This document shows positions 41,774-51,347 of a DNA stretch of 59,936 bases, piece after piece (the stretch's first letter is position 1; every line of letters begins with the position of its first letter). The stretch spans positions 1 to 59,936 of the forward strand of contig JAJYXY010000052.1 of NCBI GenBank assembly GCA_021801465.1, written 5' to 3'. This stretch comes from Pseudomonadota bacterium (GTDB taxonomy: Bacteria > Pseudomonadota > Alphaproteobacteria > Acetobacterales > Acetobacteraceae). The notes beneath the pieces were generated by a model. It did no database searches. It had not been told where the DNA came from and worked only from the letters and a program-made list of their open reading frames with translations. Made by a program: the position numbers and the translations under genes.

Positions 41774-42157
41774 ATCTTGACGCCAGCCTCGCGCATGAAG
41801 GAATATGTCGATCGCGTGTCGTTTTTATGACGGCCGCGCCGTTTTTTTCCTCGATCTTACGTCCTAGCCTAATGATCGAATAGTAAAAAAACTTGTTCAC
41901 TTGCCGTGAACGAGTCGTTTTCTTTTGTTTATTGGTCAGAGATGCTGCATCGAGTCGCATTAGTTCAGATTGATTTATTGGTTGCTTCCGCCACGGCTTC
42001 GGTCTAGTTTCCCGTCTCCTTATTTCGGCCTTCGCACGTAACCGCTGGCGCTTTTTGGTTTAGCCGCCAGGGGGGAAGTGTTGGGTGGCTTCGGCCGCTC
42101 GGCCGCCCGCGCGCGATGCGCGGGGAGAGGGTTTGCGCGTTTGGGGTGGGCGAAGCA

Positions 42158-43738
42158 ATGATGGGCAGTGGCGGCATGGGACAAGAGACTAATCTTGCCG
42201 CGGCTTTTGCCGGTGGCGTCACAGCGCTCGAGGCGTCAAGCAAAACCGCCGCGGCGGACTCTCTGATCGGTGCCGGGGTGGACGCGGCACTCGCCGGCCA
42301 ATGGACCCGGGTTCGGCAGCGTCTTCAAGCCGATGTCGGGGATGTCGAATATCGCTCCTGGCTTCGCCAAATGGTTCTCGCGGGATGCGACGGCGATGAG
42401 ATTACCATCCTGCTCCCGACCCGTTTTCTCCGCGATTGGGTGCGCCGCCATTATGGCGACCGGCTGGTCACGCTTTGGCAGGCGGAAAATGCCGCCATTC
42501 GGCGGATAGATCTCCGCGCCAGCGCCCCGGCGGCGCGTGCGCAGGCGAGCGGCAGCGGTTTCGCGGAGAGCCTCGCGAGCGCCCCCACCCAGCCGCAAGC
42601 GTCCGGGCCCCGTGTTGCTGAGACCCGCGCTTCTGAGACCCGCGCTTCTGAGACCCGCGCTTCTGAGACTAGGGCCTCAGAGGCAGGGGCGGCCGAGCGT
42701 CCGCCGCTTGACACCTCGGGCCTCGATAAACGCTTCGATTTCGAGAATTTCGTGGTCGGCAAGCCGAACGAGTTCGCCTATGCCTGCGCCCGCCGCGTCG
42801 CCGAGCAGCCAGCGATGCCTGGTTTCAACCCGCTATTCCTTTACGGCGGGGTCGGGCTCGGCAAGACCCATCTCATGCATGCCATCGCCTGGGATCTGAT
42901 TGGGCGCGGCGGCGGGCGGATTTCGGTCGCTTATATGTCGGCGGAAAAATTCATGTACCGCTTCATCGCCGCGATCCGCAGCCAAGCGACGATGGAATTC
43001 AAGGAGCAGTTGCGCGGCGCCGACGTGCTGATGATCGACGATCTCCAGTTCCTGATCGGCAAAGACAACACGCAGGAAGAATTTTTCCACACGTTCAACG
43101 CCCTCGTCGATGCGGGCAAGCAGATCGTGGTCTCGGCCGACAAATCCCCCTCCGATCTCTCCGGGCTCGAGGATCGGCTGCGCACGCGGCTTGGCTGCGG
43201 CATGGTCGCCGATTTGCACGCAACCACCTTTGAGCTTCGCCTTTCCATCCTCGAAGCCAAGGCGACGCGCGCCGGGGTCGCGGTGCCGGCCAAGGTGATG
43301 GATTTCCTCGCCCACAAGATCACCACCAATGTCCGTGAGCTGGAGGGCGCGCTCAATCGGCTGATTGCGCACGCTAATCTTTTCAACCGGCCGATCACCC
43401 TCGAGACCACCCAGGAAGTTTTGCACGACATCCTCAAGGCGCATGACCGGCGCATCACCATCGAGGAAATCCAGCGCAAGGTTTCCGAGCATTGGAATAT
43501 CCGCCTGACCGATATGTCCTCCGCCCGGCGGGCCCGCAACGTCGCGCGGCCGCGGCAGGTTGCGATGTATCTCGCAAAGCAACTCACCAGCCGCAGCCTT
43601 CCCGAAATCGGCCGCAAATTCGGCAATCGTGACCACACGACGGTGATGCACGCGGTCGCGCGCGTTGCCGAATTGATGGAGCGCGATGCCGCCTTCGCCG
43701 AAGACGTCGAGCTCTTGCGCCGGATGCTGGAATCCTGA
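42158..43738 (+). CDS. dnaA: Chromosomal replication initiator DnaA
   Basis: FENFVVGKPN, NPLFLYGGVGLGKTHL, TQEEFFHTFN, NVRELEGAL, RDHTTVMHA. Start uncertain (42158/42161/42176). Confidence 0.97.
   Translation: MMGSGGMGQETNLAAAFAGGVTALEASSKTAAADSLIGAGVDAALAGQWTRVRQRLQADVGDVEYRSWLRQMVLAGCDGDEITILLPTRFLRDWVRRHYGDRLVTLWQAENAAIRRIDLRASAPAARAQASGSGFAESLASAPTQPQASGPRVAETRASETRASETRASETRASEAGAAERPPLDTSGLDKRFDFENFVVGKPNEFAYACARRVAEQPAMPGFNPLFLYGGVGLGKTHLMHAIAWDLIGRGGGRISVAYMSAEKFMYRFIAAIRSQATMEFKEQLRGADVLMIDDLQFLIGKDNTQEEFFHTFNALVDAGKQIVVSADKSPSDLSGLEDRLRTRLGCGMVADLHATTFELRLSILEAKATRAGVAVPAKVMDFLAHKITTNVRELEGALNRLIAHANLFNRPITLETTQEVLHDILKAHDRRITIEEIQRKVSEHWNIRLTDMSSARRARNVARPRQVAMYLAKQLTSRSLPEIGRKFGNRDHTTVMHAVARVAELMERDAAFAEDVELLRRMLES
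42618..42682 (+). repeat. 15-bp tandem repeat in dnaA domain II (ETRAS x4)
   Basis: ctgagacccgcgctt x3 perfect plus one synonymous-variant copy. Confidence 0.9.
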
Positions 43739-43768
43739 GCCGATGCGCCCGGCGGGCATGGATCGCCG

Positions 43769-44503
43769 TCAGAAGGGCAACATGACGTCAAGCATTTGCT
43801 GGCCCCAGCGCGGCTCGTTGACCTCGGTGAGCTGGCCACGGCCGGCATAGGTGATCCGCGCCTCGGCGATGCGATCATGCGGCACGGTATTGTCGCTCGC
43901 GATATCCTCAGGCCGGATGACGCCGGTGACTTTCACCTGGCGCAATTCGGCATTCACCAGCATCTCCTGGCGTGCCTCGACGACGAGATTGCCGTTCGGC
44001 AAAACCTGCGTCACGACCGCGCCGAGGCGAACGGTGACGGTCTCGTTGCGCTGAATCTGGCCGATGGTGAAGAGATTCGTGCCGCTATTGATATTGACCA
44101 GGTTGGACGCCGTCGAACCCTTGAGAAACGAGGGCACCAAGGCGCCGAGGCCGAAGAATCCCGGCACCCCCATGGTCTCGCTGTCGGTGCGCTGTTCCAT
44201 GGTGTTGTCGTTCGCCGTCGCCGCGTCGTTCACATTGACGACGATGGTGACGAGATCGCCGACCTTGGAGGCCCGCTCGTCCTTGAAGAAAGCGCGTGAG
44301 CCAGGGCGCCAGAGGCTGTTTTCGACGGGTGGTGGCGGCTGCGGCGCCGGCGTCGGCATCGTCAGCGGGCGCCAATCGGCCGCAAGCGTGGGGTCGCTGG
44401 TTTTGGAGACCTGCGGCGGCTTGCCGACTTCGGCGAGATTGGAGAGCACGCCGCAGCCCGGCAGCAAAGCGATCACGCCGCAGGCGAAAAGGGCGCGCCT
44501 CAT
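43769..44503 (-). CDS. flgH: Flagellar L-ring protein
   Basis: Lipobox LPGC; SLW...FFKDERA..VGDLVT; VLPNGNL; IRPEDI; IAEARI.Y.GRG. Confidence 0.95.
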   Translation of the reverse strand: MRRALFACGVIALLPGCGVLSNLAEVGKPPQVSKTSDPTLAADWRPLTMPTPAPQPPPPVENSLWRPGSRAFFKDERASKVGDLVTIVVNVNDAATANDNTMEQRTDSETMGVPGFFGLGALVPSFLKGSTASNLVNINSGTNLFTIGQIQRNETVTVRLGAVVTQVLPNGNLVVEARQEMLVNAELRQVKVTGVIRPEDIASDNTVPHDRIAEARITYAGRGQLTEVNEPRWGQQMLDVMLPF

Positions 44504-45537
44504 GGCTGGCCTCCAAAATTGGTCGTCTGGGCGAGGCCATTACTGAGCCCATCGATGCTCGGCGGCACTTCCGGGAAGCTCCCTGGCATCACCCGCGCGG
44601 CCTGTGGCCCCGTCACCTCGGCATCGACGACGGCGTGCGACAAGGGATTGACCACCCGCACCACCGCGCCGAGCATGCCGTCCTGCAACGCTTGGCCTTG
44701 CACAACCATCGAGAGACCGGGCTGATCGAGCGTCACCCTGACCGGCAAGCCGCGCTGGACGAGTGGCGGGCGGATGAGATCGGCGCGCGGGATCGGTCGC
44801 CCGGCGGCGGCGGCATGACGAAGCGCCATCCCCTCGACCTCGGCAAGATCGCGCACGACATCGCCCGGGATCTGATCGCGACGCACGCGCTCGAGGCGGA
44901 TATCCCCGGCGCCGATATGGGTGCCGGCGGGAAGCTGCAGGGCCGCGACCGGCACCTCGACCATCGGCCAGGCATGGCCCGAGACGGTGAGATGCCGCGG
45001 CGGCATCCCGGGCGCGGTGAGGCCGAGCGTTGCGGTGAAATGGCTGGTCGCGGCGTCGAAATCGATCTGCTCGACGACGGCGTGCAGCGGCGTGTCGGCG
45101 GCGACGGCCGGCGCCGAGAAGCTCGAGAGGGCGATGGCGCAATCCTGGCCCGCCCCCGCGTCGGTGAGGGCGGCGTGCAAGGCGTCGGTGATTTCGCTCC
45201 GTGCGAGTGCGCGCGCCGGGCGTTCCAGCACCACTTGATCGCGATCGGAGGATGGCTCCCAGGCGACGCCGAACTGATGGGCGATGGCGGCGAGCTGCTG
45301 CGCAGGCACGGTCACCCGCGCGCCCGGTTGCGGCGCCGGGCCAAGCACGCGCTCGGCATTCGGCCCGGCATCGTCGAAGAGGTCGGAGAGCCGCACCATC
45401 GGGCTCGAGAGGACGACCAGGCTCCGCAGGCTGGCGGCCTCGGCGGGCGCGACCAGCGCGGGGATAACCAGTGCGGGGGCGATGAACACGGCCGCGAGAC
45501 CGCAAAGCCGCAACAAAAATCGGGGATCGGTGCGCAT
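44500..45537 (-). CDS. flgA: Flagellar P-ring formation chaperone
   Basis: Signal peptide; VRLSDLF; SAF-like domain; PLVQRG...GQALQDG..G.VVRVVNPLS; lies between flgG and flgH. Confidence 0.88.
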   Translation of the reverse strand: MRTDPRFLLRLCGLAAVFIAPALVIPALVAPAEAASLRSLVVLSSPMVRLSDLFDDAGPNAERVLGPAPQPGARVTVPAQQLAAIAHQFGVAWEPSSDRDQVVLERPARALARSEITDALHAALTDAGAGQDCAIALSSFSAPAVAADTPLHAVVEQIDFDAATSHFTATLGLTAPGMPPRHLTVSGHAWPMVEVPVAALQLPAGTHIGAGDIRLERVRRDQIPGDVVRDLAEVEGMALRHAAAAGRPIPRADLIRPPLVQRGLPVRVTLDQPGLSMVVQGQALQDGMLGAVVRVVNPLSHAVVDAEVTGPQAARVMPGSFPEVPPSIDGLSNGLAQTTNFGGQP

Positions 45538-45545
45538 GCTCGGCC

Positions 45546-46334
45546 TCAACGCAGATTGGTAAGGGTGGAGAGCATTTGGTCGGAGGTCGTGATCACCCGG
45601 CTGTTCATTTCATAGGCGCGCTGGGCGGTGATCAGATTGGTGATCTCGGTCACCACGTTGACGTTGGAGAGTTCGAGAAACCCTTGCTGGACCGTGGCAT
45701 AGCCGGGCTGGCCGGGCTGGCCGGGAATGGGCACGCCCGAGGCCGCCGTCTGCTCGAAAAGGTTGTTGCCCATCGCTTCCAACCCTTCCTGATTGGGAAA
45801 GATGACGAGCTGCAGCTGGCCGACGGTCTGCGGCTGGGTCTGGTTGGGCAGCAGAACCTGCACCTGGCCGGCATTGCTGATATTGACGCTGACGGCGTTG
45901 CTCGGGATGGTCACGCCCGGGAGCACGACATAGCCATCGGCGGTGACGAGCTGGCCGGTCGGCGAGAGGCTGAAAGTACCGTCGCGGGTATAGGAGATCT
46001 CCCCGGTCGGCATCTGAATTTGAAAGAATCCCGCTCCCTGGAGCGCGAGATCAAAGGTGTTGTTGGTCTGCTGGAGATTGCCTTGCTCGTTGTTGCGCCC
46101 GATCGCGGAATTCTGGACACCAAGCCCGACCTGGATGCCGGCCGGCAGGATGGTGCCGGTCTCTGACGTATAGGAGCCGACACGGCTCAGATCCTGATAA
46201 ATCAGATCCTGGAATTCGGCCCGCTGGCGCTTGTAGGCGGTCGTCGTCATGTTGGCGATGTTGTTGGAAATCACCTCGACATTGAGTTCCTGGGCTTGCA
46301 TGCCGGTGGCGGCGATATCGAGCGAACGCATCAT
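45546..46334 (-). CDS. flgG: Flagellar distal rod protein
   Basis: MRSLDIAATGMQAQ...ISNNIAN...EFQDLIYQ; YTRDG; QGFLELSNVN...AQRAYEMNS. Confidence 0.96.
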   Translation of the reverse strand: MMRSLDIAATGMQAQELNVEVISNNIANMTTTAYKRQRAEFQDLIYQDLSRVGSYTSETGTILPAGIQVGLGVQNSAIGRNNEQGNLQQTNNTFDLALQGAGFFQIQMPTGEISYTRDGTFSLSPTGQLVTADGYVVLPGVTIPSNAVSVNISNAGQVQVLLPNQTQPQTVGQLQLVIFPNQEGLEAMGNNLFEQTAASGVPIPGQPGQPGYATVQQGFLELSNVNVVTEITNLITAQRAYEMNSRVITTSDQMLSTLTNLR

Positions 46335-46371
46335 GGCGGGAAATGCTCCGTGGGATCAGGGCGAAGGGCGG

Positions 46372-47109
46372 TCAGGCGGGGGTCATGATCTTCGAGATCG
46401 CGTTCATCTGCCTTGTGTCCTCTTCCTCGATGAATTGCGTCGCGAATTCGAAATTGCGGGAATGGTCCATCATCGCCGTAAGCTCGACGACCGGCTTGAC
46501 ATTGCTCTCCTCGATCATGCCCTGGACGATGATCGGCGCGGCGACGGGGGTGGTCGGCACGGTTGCGCGCAGGCGCTGCCCGCCCTCGGCTTGCAAGCCC
46601 GTCGGGTCATTGGGAGCGACGAGGCCGATCTGGCCGATCTGGCCATTGGCGCCGCTGATCGTGCCATCACGCGCAATGGTGAGCGGCGCGTCAGACGACG
46701 TCACCTGCAGCGGCTGGCCATTGGTATCGAGAAGCGCGTTGCCGCTGCCATCGACGATAGTGCCGGTTGGGCTCAGGCTGAAATGCCCCGCCCGGGTCAG
46801 CCGTGGCCCGTTGGTGGTGGCGATGGTGAAATAGCCATCGCCCTTGATCGCGAGATCGAGCGGGTTTCCGGTCGGGTTCAGCGCGCCCTCGGTCTTTTCG
46901 CGATAGATCGCCTTGTCCTCGGTATAGGTGAGGCTTTGCCCGCCCGGCGGGCTCGCGGTGTGCATCTGGCGGCTCATCCAACCGCCGAACAGCATCCGCT
47001 CGGCGCGGTAGCCCGTCGTCGTGCTGTTGGCGATGTTGTTTGCGGTGATGTCGATCAGCCGCTGCTGAGCGACGACACGCGAGAGAGCGATGGTGGAAGG
47101 GTTCTGCAT
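46372..47109 (-). CDS. flgF: Flagellar proximal rod protein
   Basis: MQNPSTIALSR...ANNIAN..TTGYR; TGNPLDLAI.GDGYF; TRAG.F; IEESNV. Confidence 0.9.
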   Translation of the reverse strand: MQNPSTIALSRVVAQQRLIDITANNIANSTTTGYRAERMLFGGWMSRQMHTASPPGGQSLTYTEDKAIYREKTEGALNPTGNPLDLAIKGDGYFTIATTNGPRLTRAGHFSLSPTGTIVDGSGNALLDTNGQPLQVTSSDAPLTIARDGTISGANGQIGQIGLVAPNDPTGLQAEGGQRLRATVPTTPVAAPIIVQGMIEESNVKPVVELTAMMDHSRNFEFATQFIEEEDTRQMNAISKIMTPA

Positions 47110-47134
47110 CGTGCGGATCCGATCTCGGTGGAAG

Positions 47135-47169
47135 CGTAAAGCGTGGACGTAAAGCGCGGACGTAAAGCG
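47135..47169. repeat. 13-bp-period direct repeat x3 in the flgF leader
   Basis: CGTAAAGCG at 47135, 47148 and 47161. Confidence 0.85.
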
Positions 47170-47217
47170 GGGGGGCATCAAGCGGGCGGCGGGGTGCGAC
47201 CGTCGCGATCGTTGCTT

Positions 47218-47233
47218 CGCAAGCCGCATGCCA
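47218..47233 (-). promoter_or_regulatory. Sigma-54 (-24/-12) promoter of the flgF operon
   Basis: Minus strand TGGCATGCGGCTTGCG (GG-N10-GC), ~110 bp upstream of flgF. Confidence 0.75.
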
Positions 47234-47358
47234 GCGCGATGAGGGGCGTTCTGTGCAGGATTTCCGCCGGTTTTCGCGCGCGCCGGCCCACTCCCGGCAC
47301 GGCTTGCCGCGCCGCATGCGCGCCCGACCCGGCAGAACTTGCCGAGATCGCCGTTTTA

Positions 47359-47373
47359 GCAAGGGTTCGTTAA
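47359..47373. promoter_or_regulatory. CtrA-like site upstream of fliL
   Basis: GCAA-gggttcg-TTAA; spacer nearly identical to the box at 18176. Confidence 0.45.
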
Positions 47374-47430
47374 TCGCTTCGCGGCAAGATGCCCCGGCGA
47401 CCATGGCGCGATGGAGGGCGAGAGCGGGCG

Positions 47431-47943
47431 ATGGCTTCGGCGGCGGCGACCAGCAAAGACGTGGACGAGGTAAAATCGGCCGGTGGCGGGCGGCGCAAGC
47501 TGATCCTGCTCGCGGTGCCAATCGTGCTCGCCGTGATCGGCGCCGGGCTGTGGTTTTCCGGCATTTTGCCGCGTCTTCTCGGCCTCCATCATGAGGCGCC
47601 AGCAGCCAATCAGGCGGCAGAGGCGCTGGAAGCGGTCAAGCCCGTCTATGCCGATGTGCCGGAAATCATCACCAATCTCGACACCGGCGGGCGGCGCCAG
47701 AGCTATGTCAAGCTTAAGGCGCGGCTCCAGCTTGCCAAAGCCGCCGACCAGGCGGTGGTCAGCGCTGCGATGCCGCGCATCCTCGATCTTTTTCAGACCT
47801 ATCTTCGCGAAATGCATCCCGACGAGCTGCGTAGCTCATCGGGCACCTATCGTCTCCGCGAGGAAATGATCGCGCGCGCCAATCTCGCCGCGCGGCCGGC
47901 GCGGATCGTCGATATCCTGTTTGAGGAACTTCTGGTGCAATGA
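47431..47943 (+). CDS. fliL: Flagellar basal body-associated protein FliL
   Basis: N-terminal TM helix; PEIITNL; MPRILDLFQTYLRE...G.YRLREE...ILFEELLVQ. Confidence 0.93.
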   Translation: MASAAATSKDVDEVKSAGGGRRKLILLAVPIVLAVIGAGLWFSGILPRLLGLHHEAPAANQAAEALEAVKPVYADVPEIITNLDTGGRRQSYVKLKARLQLAKAADQAVVSAAMPRILDLFQTYLREMHPDELRSSSGTYRLREEMIARANLAARPARIVDILFEELLVQ

Positions 47944-48995
47944 GCGGCGAGGGCGATCCGACCGACGAAGAAATCGCCGCGGCCTGGGGGGCGGCGACGG
48001 AGGGCAATGTGGATGCCGCGCGCGTCCTCAACCAAGCCGAAATCGATAGTCTTCTCGGCTTCGATGACGGCACTGGCGGCAATGGCGACGCGCGTTCGGG
48101 GATTCAGCGGATCATCAGCTCGGGCCTCGTTTCTTACGAACGCTTGCCGATGCTCGAGATCGTTTTCGACCGGCTGGTGCGCATCATGTCGACGTCGCTC
48201 CGCAATTTCACCAGCGACAATGTCGAAGTCAGTATCGACAATATTCTCTCCCTCCGCTTTGGTGATTATCTCAACTCCATCCCGCTGCCGGCGATGCTCG
48301 CCGTCGTCAAGGCGGAGGAGTGGGACAATTACGGGCTGATGGTCATCGATTCGGCGATGATTTACTCGATCGTCGATGTCTTGCTCGGCGGCCGGCGTGG
48401 TACGGCGGCGATGCGCATCGAAGGTCGGCCCTACACCACGATCGAGCGCACCCTGGTCGAGCGGCTGATCCATGTCGTTCTTGCCGATCTCTCGGCGAGT
48501 TTCGATCCGATCTGCCCGGTGACATTTCGTTTCGAGCGGCTCGAGGTCAATCCGCGTTTCGCCACCATCAGCCGGCTTTCCAATGCGGCGGTGCTCGCGC
48601 GGCTGCGCGTCGATATGGAAGATCGCGGCGGTAGGATGGAGCTTTTGCTTCCCTATGCGACGCTCGAGCCGGTGCGCGAATTGCTGCTCCAGCAATTCAT
48701 GGGCGAGAAATTCGGCCGTGATTCGATCTGGGAGACGCATCTTGCCGAGGAATTATGGAATACGGAAGTCGAGCTCGAAGCCTTGCTCGATGAACAAGTG
48801 ATGCAGCTCTCGGACGTTCTGGCGCTGCGCCCGGGAAGCCAGCTGGTTTTGAACGTGCTCCCCGGTGCCGCGGTGCAGCTCCGCTGCGGCGGCCGGCCGC
48901 TCTTCGAGGGCCGGGTCGGGCGGCGCAAAAATCGCGTTGCCGTCAGGATCGAGCGCGATATCCCGCATATGCCGCCGACGACGCGGCAGGTCTGA
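47940..48995 (+). CDS. fliM: Flagellar motor switch protein FliM
   Basis: RVLNQAEIDSLLG, YERLPMLEIVFDR, ERLEVNPRF, PYATLEPVR. Confidence 0.96.
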   Translation: MSGEGDPTDEEIAAAWGAATEGNVDAARVLNQAEIDSLLGFDDGTGGNGDARSGIQRIISSGLVSYERLPMLEIVFDRLVRIMSTSLRNFTSDNVEVSIDNILSLRFGDYLNSIPLPAMLAVVKAEEWDNYGLMVIDSAMIYSIVDVLLGGRRGTAAMRIEGRPYTTIERTLVERLIHVVLADLSASFDPICPVTFRFERLEVNPRFATISRLSNAAVLARLRVDMEDRGGRMELLLPYATLEPVRELLLQQFMGEKFGRDSIWETHLAEELWNTEVELEALLDEQVMQLSDVLALRPGSQLVLNVLPGAAVQLRCGGRPLFEGRVGRRKNRVAVRIERDIPHMPPTTRQV

Positions 48996-49006
48996 GAGAG
49001 GGCGTG

Positions 49007-49480
49007 ATGGGCGGCGTGGAATGGCTGTTGGAACTGGTGCTCATCGGGCTTCTTATCGCAACCCTTGTGCATGCGCTCCGACTCGAACGCGCGCTCGGCT
49101 TGCTCAAGCGCGACCGCGCGACACTTGAAGAAATGATTGCCGGCTTCAACGCGAGTACTCGCGAGGCGGAAGGCGGCATCACGCGTCTGCGCGAAGCGGC
49201 CGATGGTGCGGGGCGCCAGATCGCGCGCCATGTCCAGCTCGCCCAGGAATTGAAGGGCGATCTCGGCTATCTCGTCGAACGTGGCGAGAAACTCGCCGAC
49301 CGGCTCGATCGTGGGCTGCGTGCCGGGCGCGTCGCCGCGGCCGAGGGTGATCAGACGCTCGCCGCCAAGCCGGCGCCGGCGGCAATCGGCGTGCCGGTCG
49401 CCGATGAGGCGGAAGCGTCTTCGCGCGGGCGGAGCCAGGCCGAGCGCGACCTCATGAAAGTGTTGAGGATGGCGCGATGA
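49007..49480 (+). CDS. Membrane-anchored coiled-coil protein (DUF6468-like)
   Basis: N-terminal TM, heptad region, C-terminal RSQAERDL; sits between fliM and motE. Confidence 0.7.
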   Translation: MGGVEWLLELVLIGLLIATLVHALRLERALGLLKRDRATLEEMIAGFNASTREAEGGITRLREAADGAGRQIARHVQLAQELKGDLGYLVERGEKLADRLDRGLRAGRVAAAEGDQTLAAKPAPAAIGVPVADEAEASSRGRSQAERDLMKVLRMAR

Positions 49481-50253
49481 TGAAAGAAACATCGATCATG
49501 CCGAGGCATGGCCTACAGTTTCCGGCGCCGCGCTTGCTTCCATTCACCATCGCGGTGATGCTGCTGCTGCTCGTCCTCAAGACGACGGGGTTGGTGCGCG
49601 CGGCGTTTTTCACGCCCGCCGAGCAGCGGGCGCTCGCCAGTGTCGAGCAAAGCATGGTGTCCGCGGCCCATGCCGCCCCCGCCGCCGAAGGCAATGCCGC
49701 GCCAGCGACCAATGGGGCGCCAAATGGGGCAACGGAGACGAGCGCCGAAGGTACCGCGAAGCCCGGGGCGACGCCGGGGCCGATCGTCGATCCGGATATA
49801 CCGCGCAACCTCGCCAAATCCGAAGAGCCAAGCGTCAGCGACGCTGAGCGCCAATTGCTGCTCGAACTTCGCCAGCGCAAAAAGACGCTCGATCAGCGAG
49901 AGGCCGCGCTCGGCGCGCGCGAAGCGGCGCTGGATGCGGCGGAGCGGCGAATTGCCTCTCGCGTCGATGAGCTGAAGACCTTGCAAGATCGTCTGGTCGC
50001 GCTCGATTCGGCGCGCAAGCAACGCGAGGAGTCGAGTTGGGCCGGCCTCGTCAAACTCTATGAAACGATGCGCCCGCGCGATGCGGCGGTGATTTTCAAT
50101 GATCTCGACATGAATGTTTTGTTGCCGGTGGTCGATCGGATGAAAGAGGCCAAGGCGGCGGCGATCCTTGCGGCGATGCAGCCGGAGAAAGCCCGCCTAC
50201 TGACGCTGCAATTGGCGGCTATGCGCACGCAAACCAATAGCGGTGGCAACTGA
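49477..50253 (+). CDS. motE: MotE/FlbB-like flagellar motility protein
   Basis: RLLP N-terminus, coiled coil, LVKLYETMRPRDAAVIF...M...KAAAILAAM.PEKA. Confidence 0.75.
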   Translation: MMKETSIMPRHGLQFPAPRLLPFTIAVMLLLLVLKTTGLVRAAFFTPAEQRALASVEQSMVSAAHAAPAAEGNAAPATNGAPNGATETSAEGTAKPGATPGPIVDPDIPRNLAKSEEPSVSDAERQLLLELRQRKKTLDQREAALGAREAALDAAERRIASRVDELKTLQDRLVALDSARKQREESSWAGLVKLYETMRPRDAAVIFNDLDMNVLLPVVDRMKEAKAAAILAAMQPEKARLLTLQLAAMRTQTNSGGN

Positions 50254-50317
50254 GCGGCCAGCGCGCAAATAAGGCCGCTCGCGAAAAAAATAAGGCATTT
50301 TGGCGAAAGGACGACAA

Positions 50318-50704
50318 ATGACGATCAATAAATCGATGAATGTTCTGATCGTGGATGATTATAAAACGATGTTACGCATCATTCGCAACCTGCTCAAGCA
50401 GATCGATTTCAACTATGTCGATGAGGCGACGGATGGCGCGGAAGCCTTGGCAAAGCTGCGCTCTGGCAATTTCGGCCTCGTCATCAGCGACTGGAACATG
50501 CAGCCGATGACTGGTTTGCAGCTGCTCCAAGAGGTGCGTGCCGATGCGCGGCTCAAATCGCTGCCCTTCATCATGGTTACCGCCGAGAGCAAGGCAGAAA
50601 ACGTCGTTGCGGCGCGCCAGGCCGGGGTCTCAAACTACATTGTCAAACCCTTCAATGCCGAGACCTTGAAGGAAAAAATCGAGAAGGTGCTCGGTCATGC
50701 TTGA
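50318..50704 (+). CDS. cheY: Chemotaxis response regulator
   Basis: LIVDDYKTM, ISDWNMQPMTG, MVTAE, YIVKPF. Confidence 0.93.
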   Translation: MTINKSMNVLIVDDYKTMLRIIRNLLKQIDFNYVDEATDGAEALAKLRSGNFGLVISDWNMQPMTGLQLLQEVRADARLKSLPFIMVTAESKAENVVAARQAGVSNYIVKPFNAETLKEKIEKVLGHA

Positions 50705-51347
50705 CAGCAGCGCCGACGCCTCGGCCCTGATCGAGCGATTGGAGGCGTGCCGCCGCCGCTATCCCGCGAGCGACCCGGAAATGGTTGCCGACATCGTCCG
50801 CGCCGTGCTCAGCACCATGCGTGGCGATCTCACCGCACCCGAAACCGCGCTTTTGCATGAGGTGGCGGAACTTGGACAAGTGATCGCCAATGCGAAGGCC
50901 GAGATCGAGGCCCTGCGCGCCAACGACATCAGCACAAGCCATATCCCCTCGGCGACCGACGAACTCGATGCCATCGTCACCCACACCGCTATGGCGACCG
51001 AGGCGATTTTGGAAACCTGCGAGACGCTCGACACCATGGCCGAGACGCTCGATCCCGCGTACGCGGCGAAGCTGCAAGACGCGACCACCCGCATCTACGA
51101 AGCGTGTAGCTTTCAAGATATCACCGGCCAACGCATCACCAAGGTGGTGCAGACGCTCAAGCGCATCGAGGAGAAGGTGACGCAAATCATCACGGCGTTT
51201 GGGGTCGGGGAGGCGATGCCAGCGGCGGCGGAGGAGATTTCGCTCTCTTCGCCGATCTCGGAAGAGGCGCTGCTCAACGGGCCACAATTGCCGAGTTCGG
51301 CGATGGATCAATCGGATATCGATCGCTTGCTCGCGAGCTTCGATTGA
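50697..51347 (+). CDS. cheZ: Alphaproteobacterial-type CheZ phosphatase
   Basis: ELDAIV..T..AT..IL; EACSFQDITGQRI; LLNGPQL...DQSDIDRLL. Confidence 0.88.
   Translation: MLDSSADASALIERLEACRRRYPASDPEMVADIVRAVLSTMRGDLTAPETALLHEVAELGQVIANAKAEIEALRANDISTSHIPSATDELDAIVTHTAMATEAILETCETLDTMAETLDPAYAAKLQDATTRIYEACSFQDITGQRITKVVQTLKRIEEKVTQIITAFGVGEAMPAAAEEISLSSPISEEALLNGPQLPSSAMDQSDIDRLLASFD

Noticed and set aside
42618-47169. Short direct repeats as a CRISPR array
   Set aside because: Units are 13-15 bp with no unique spacers, and there are no cas genes.
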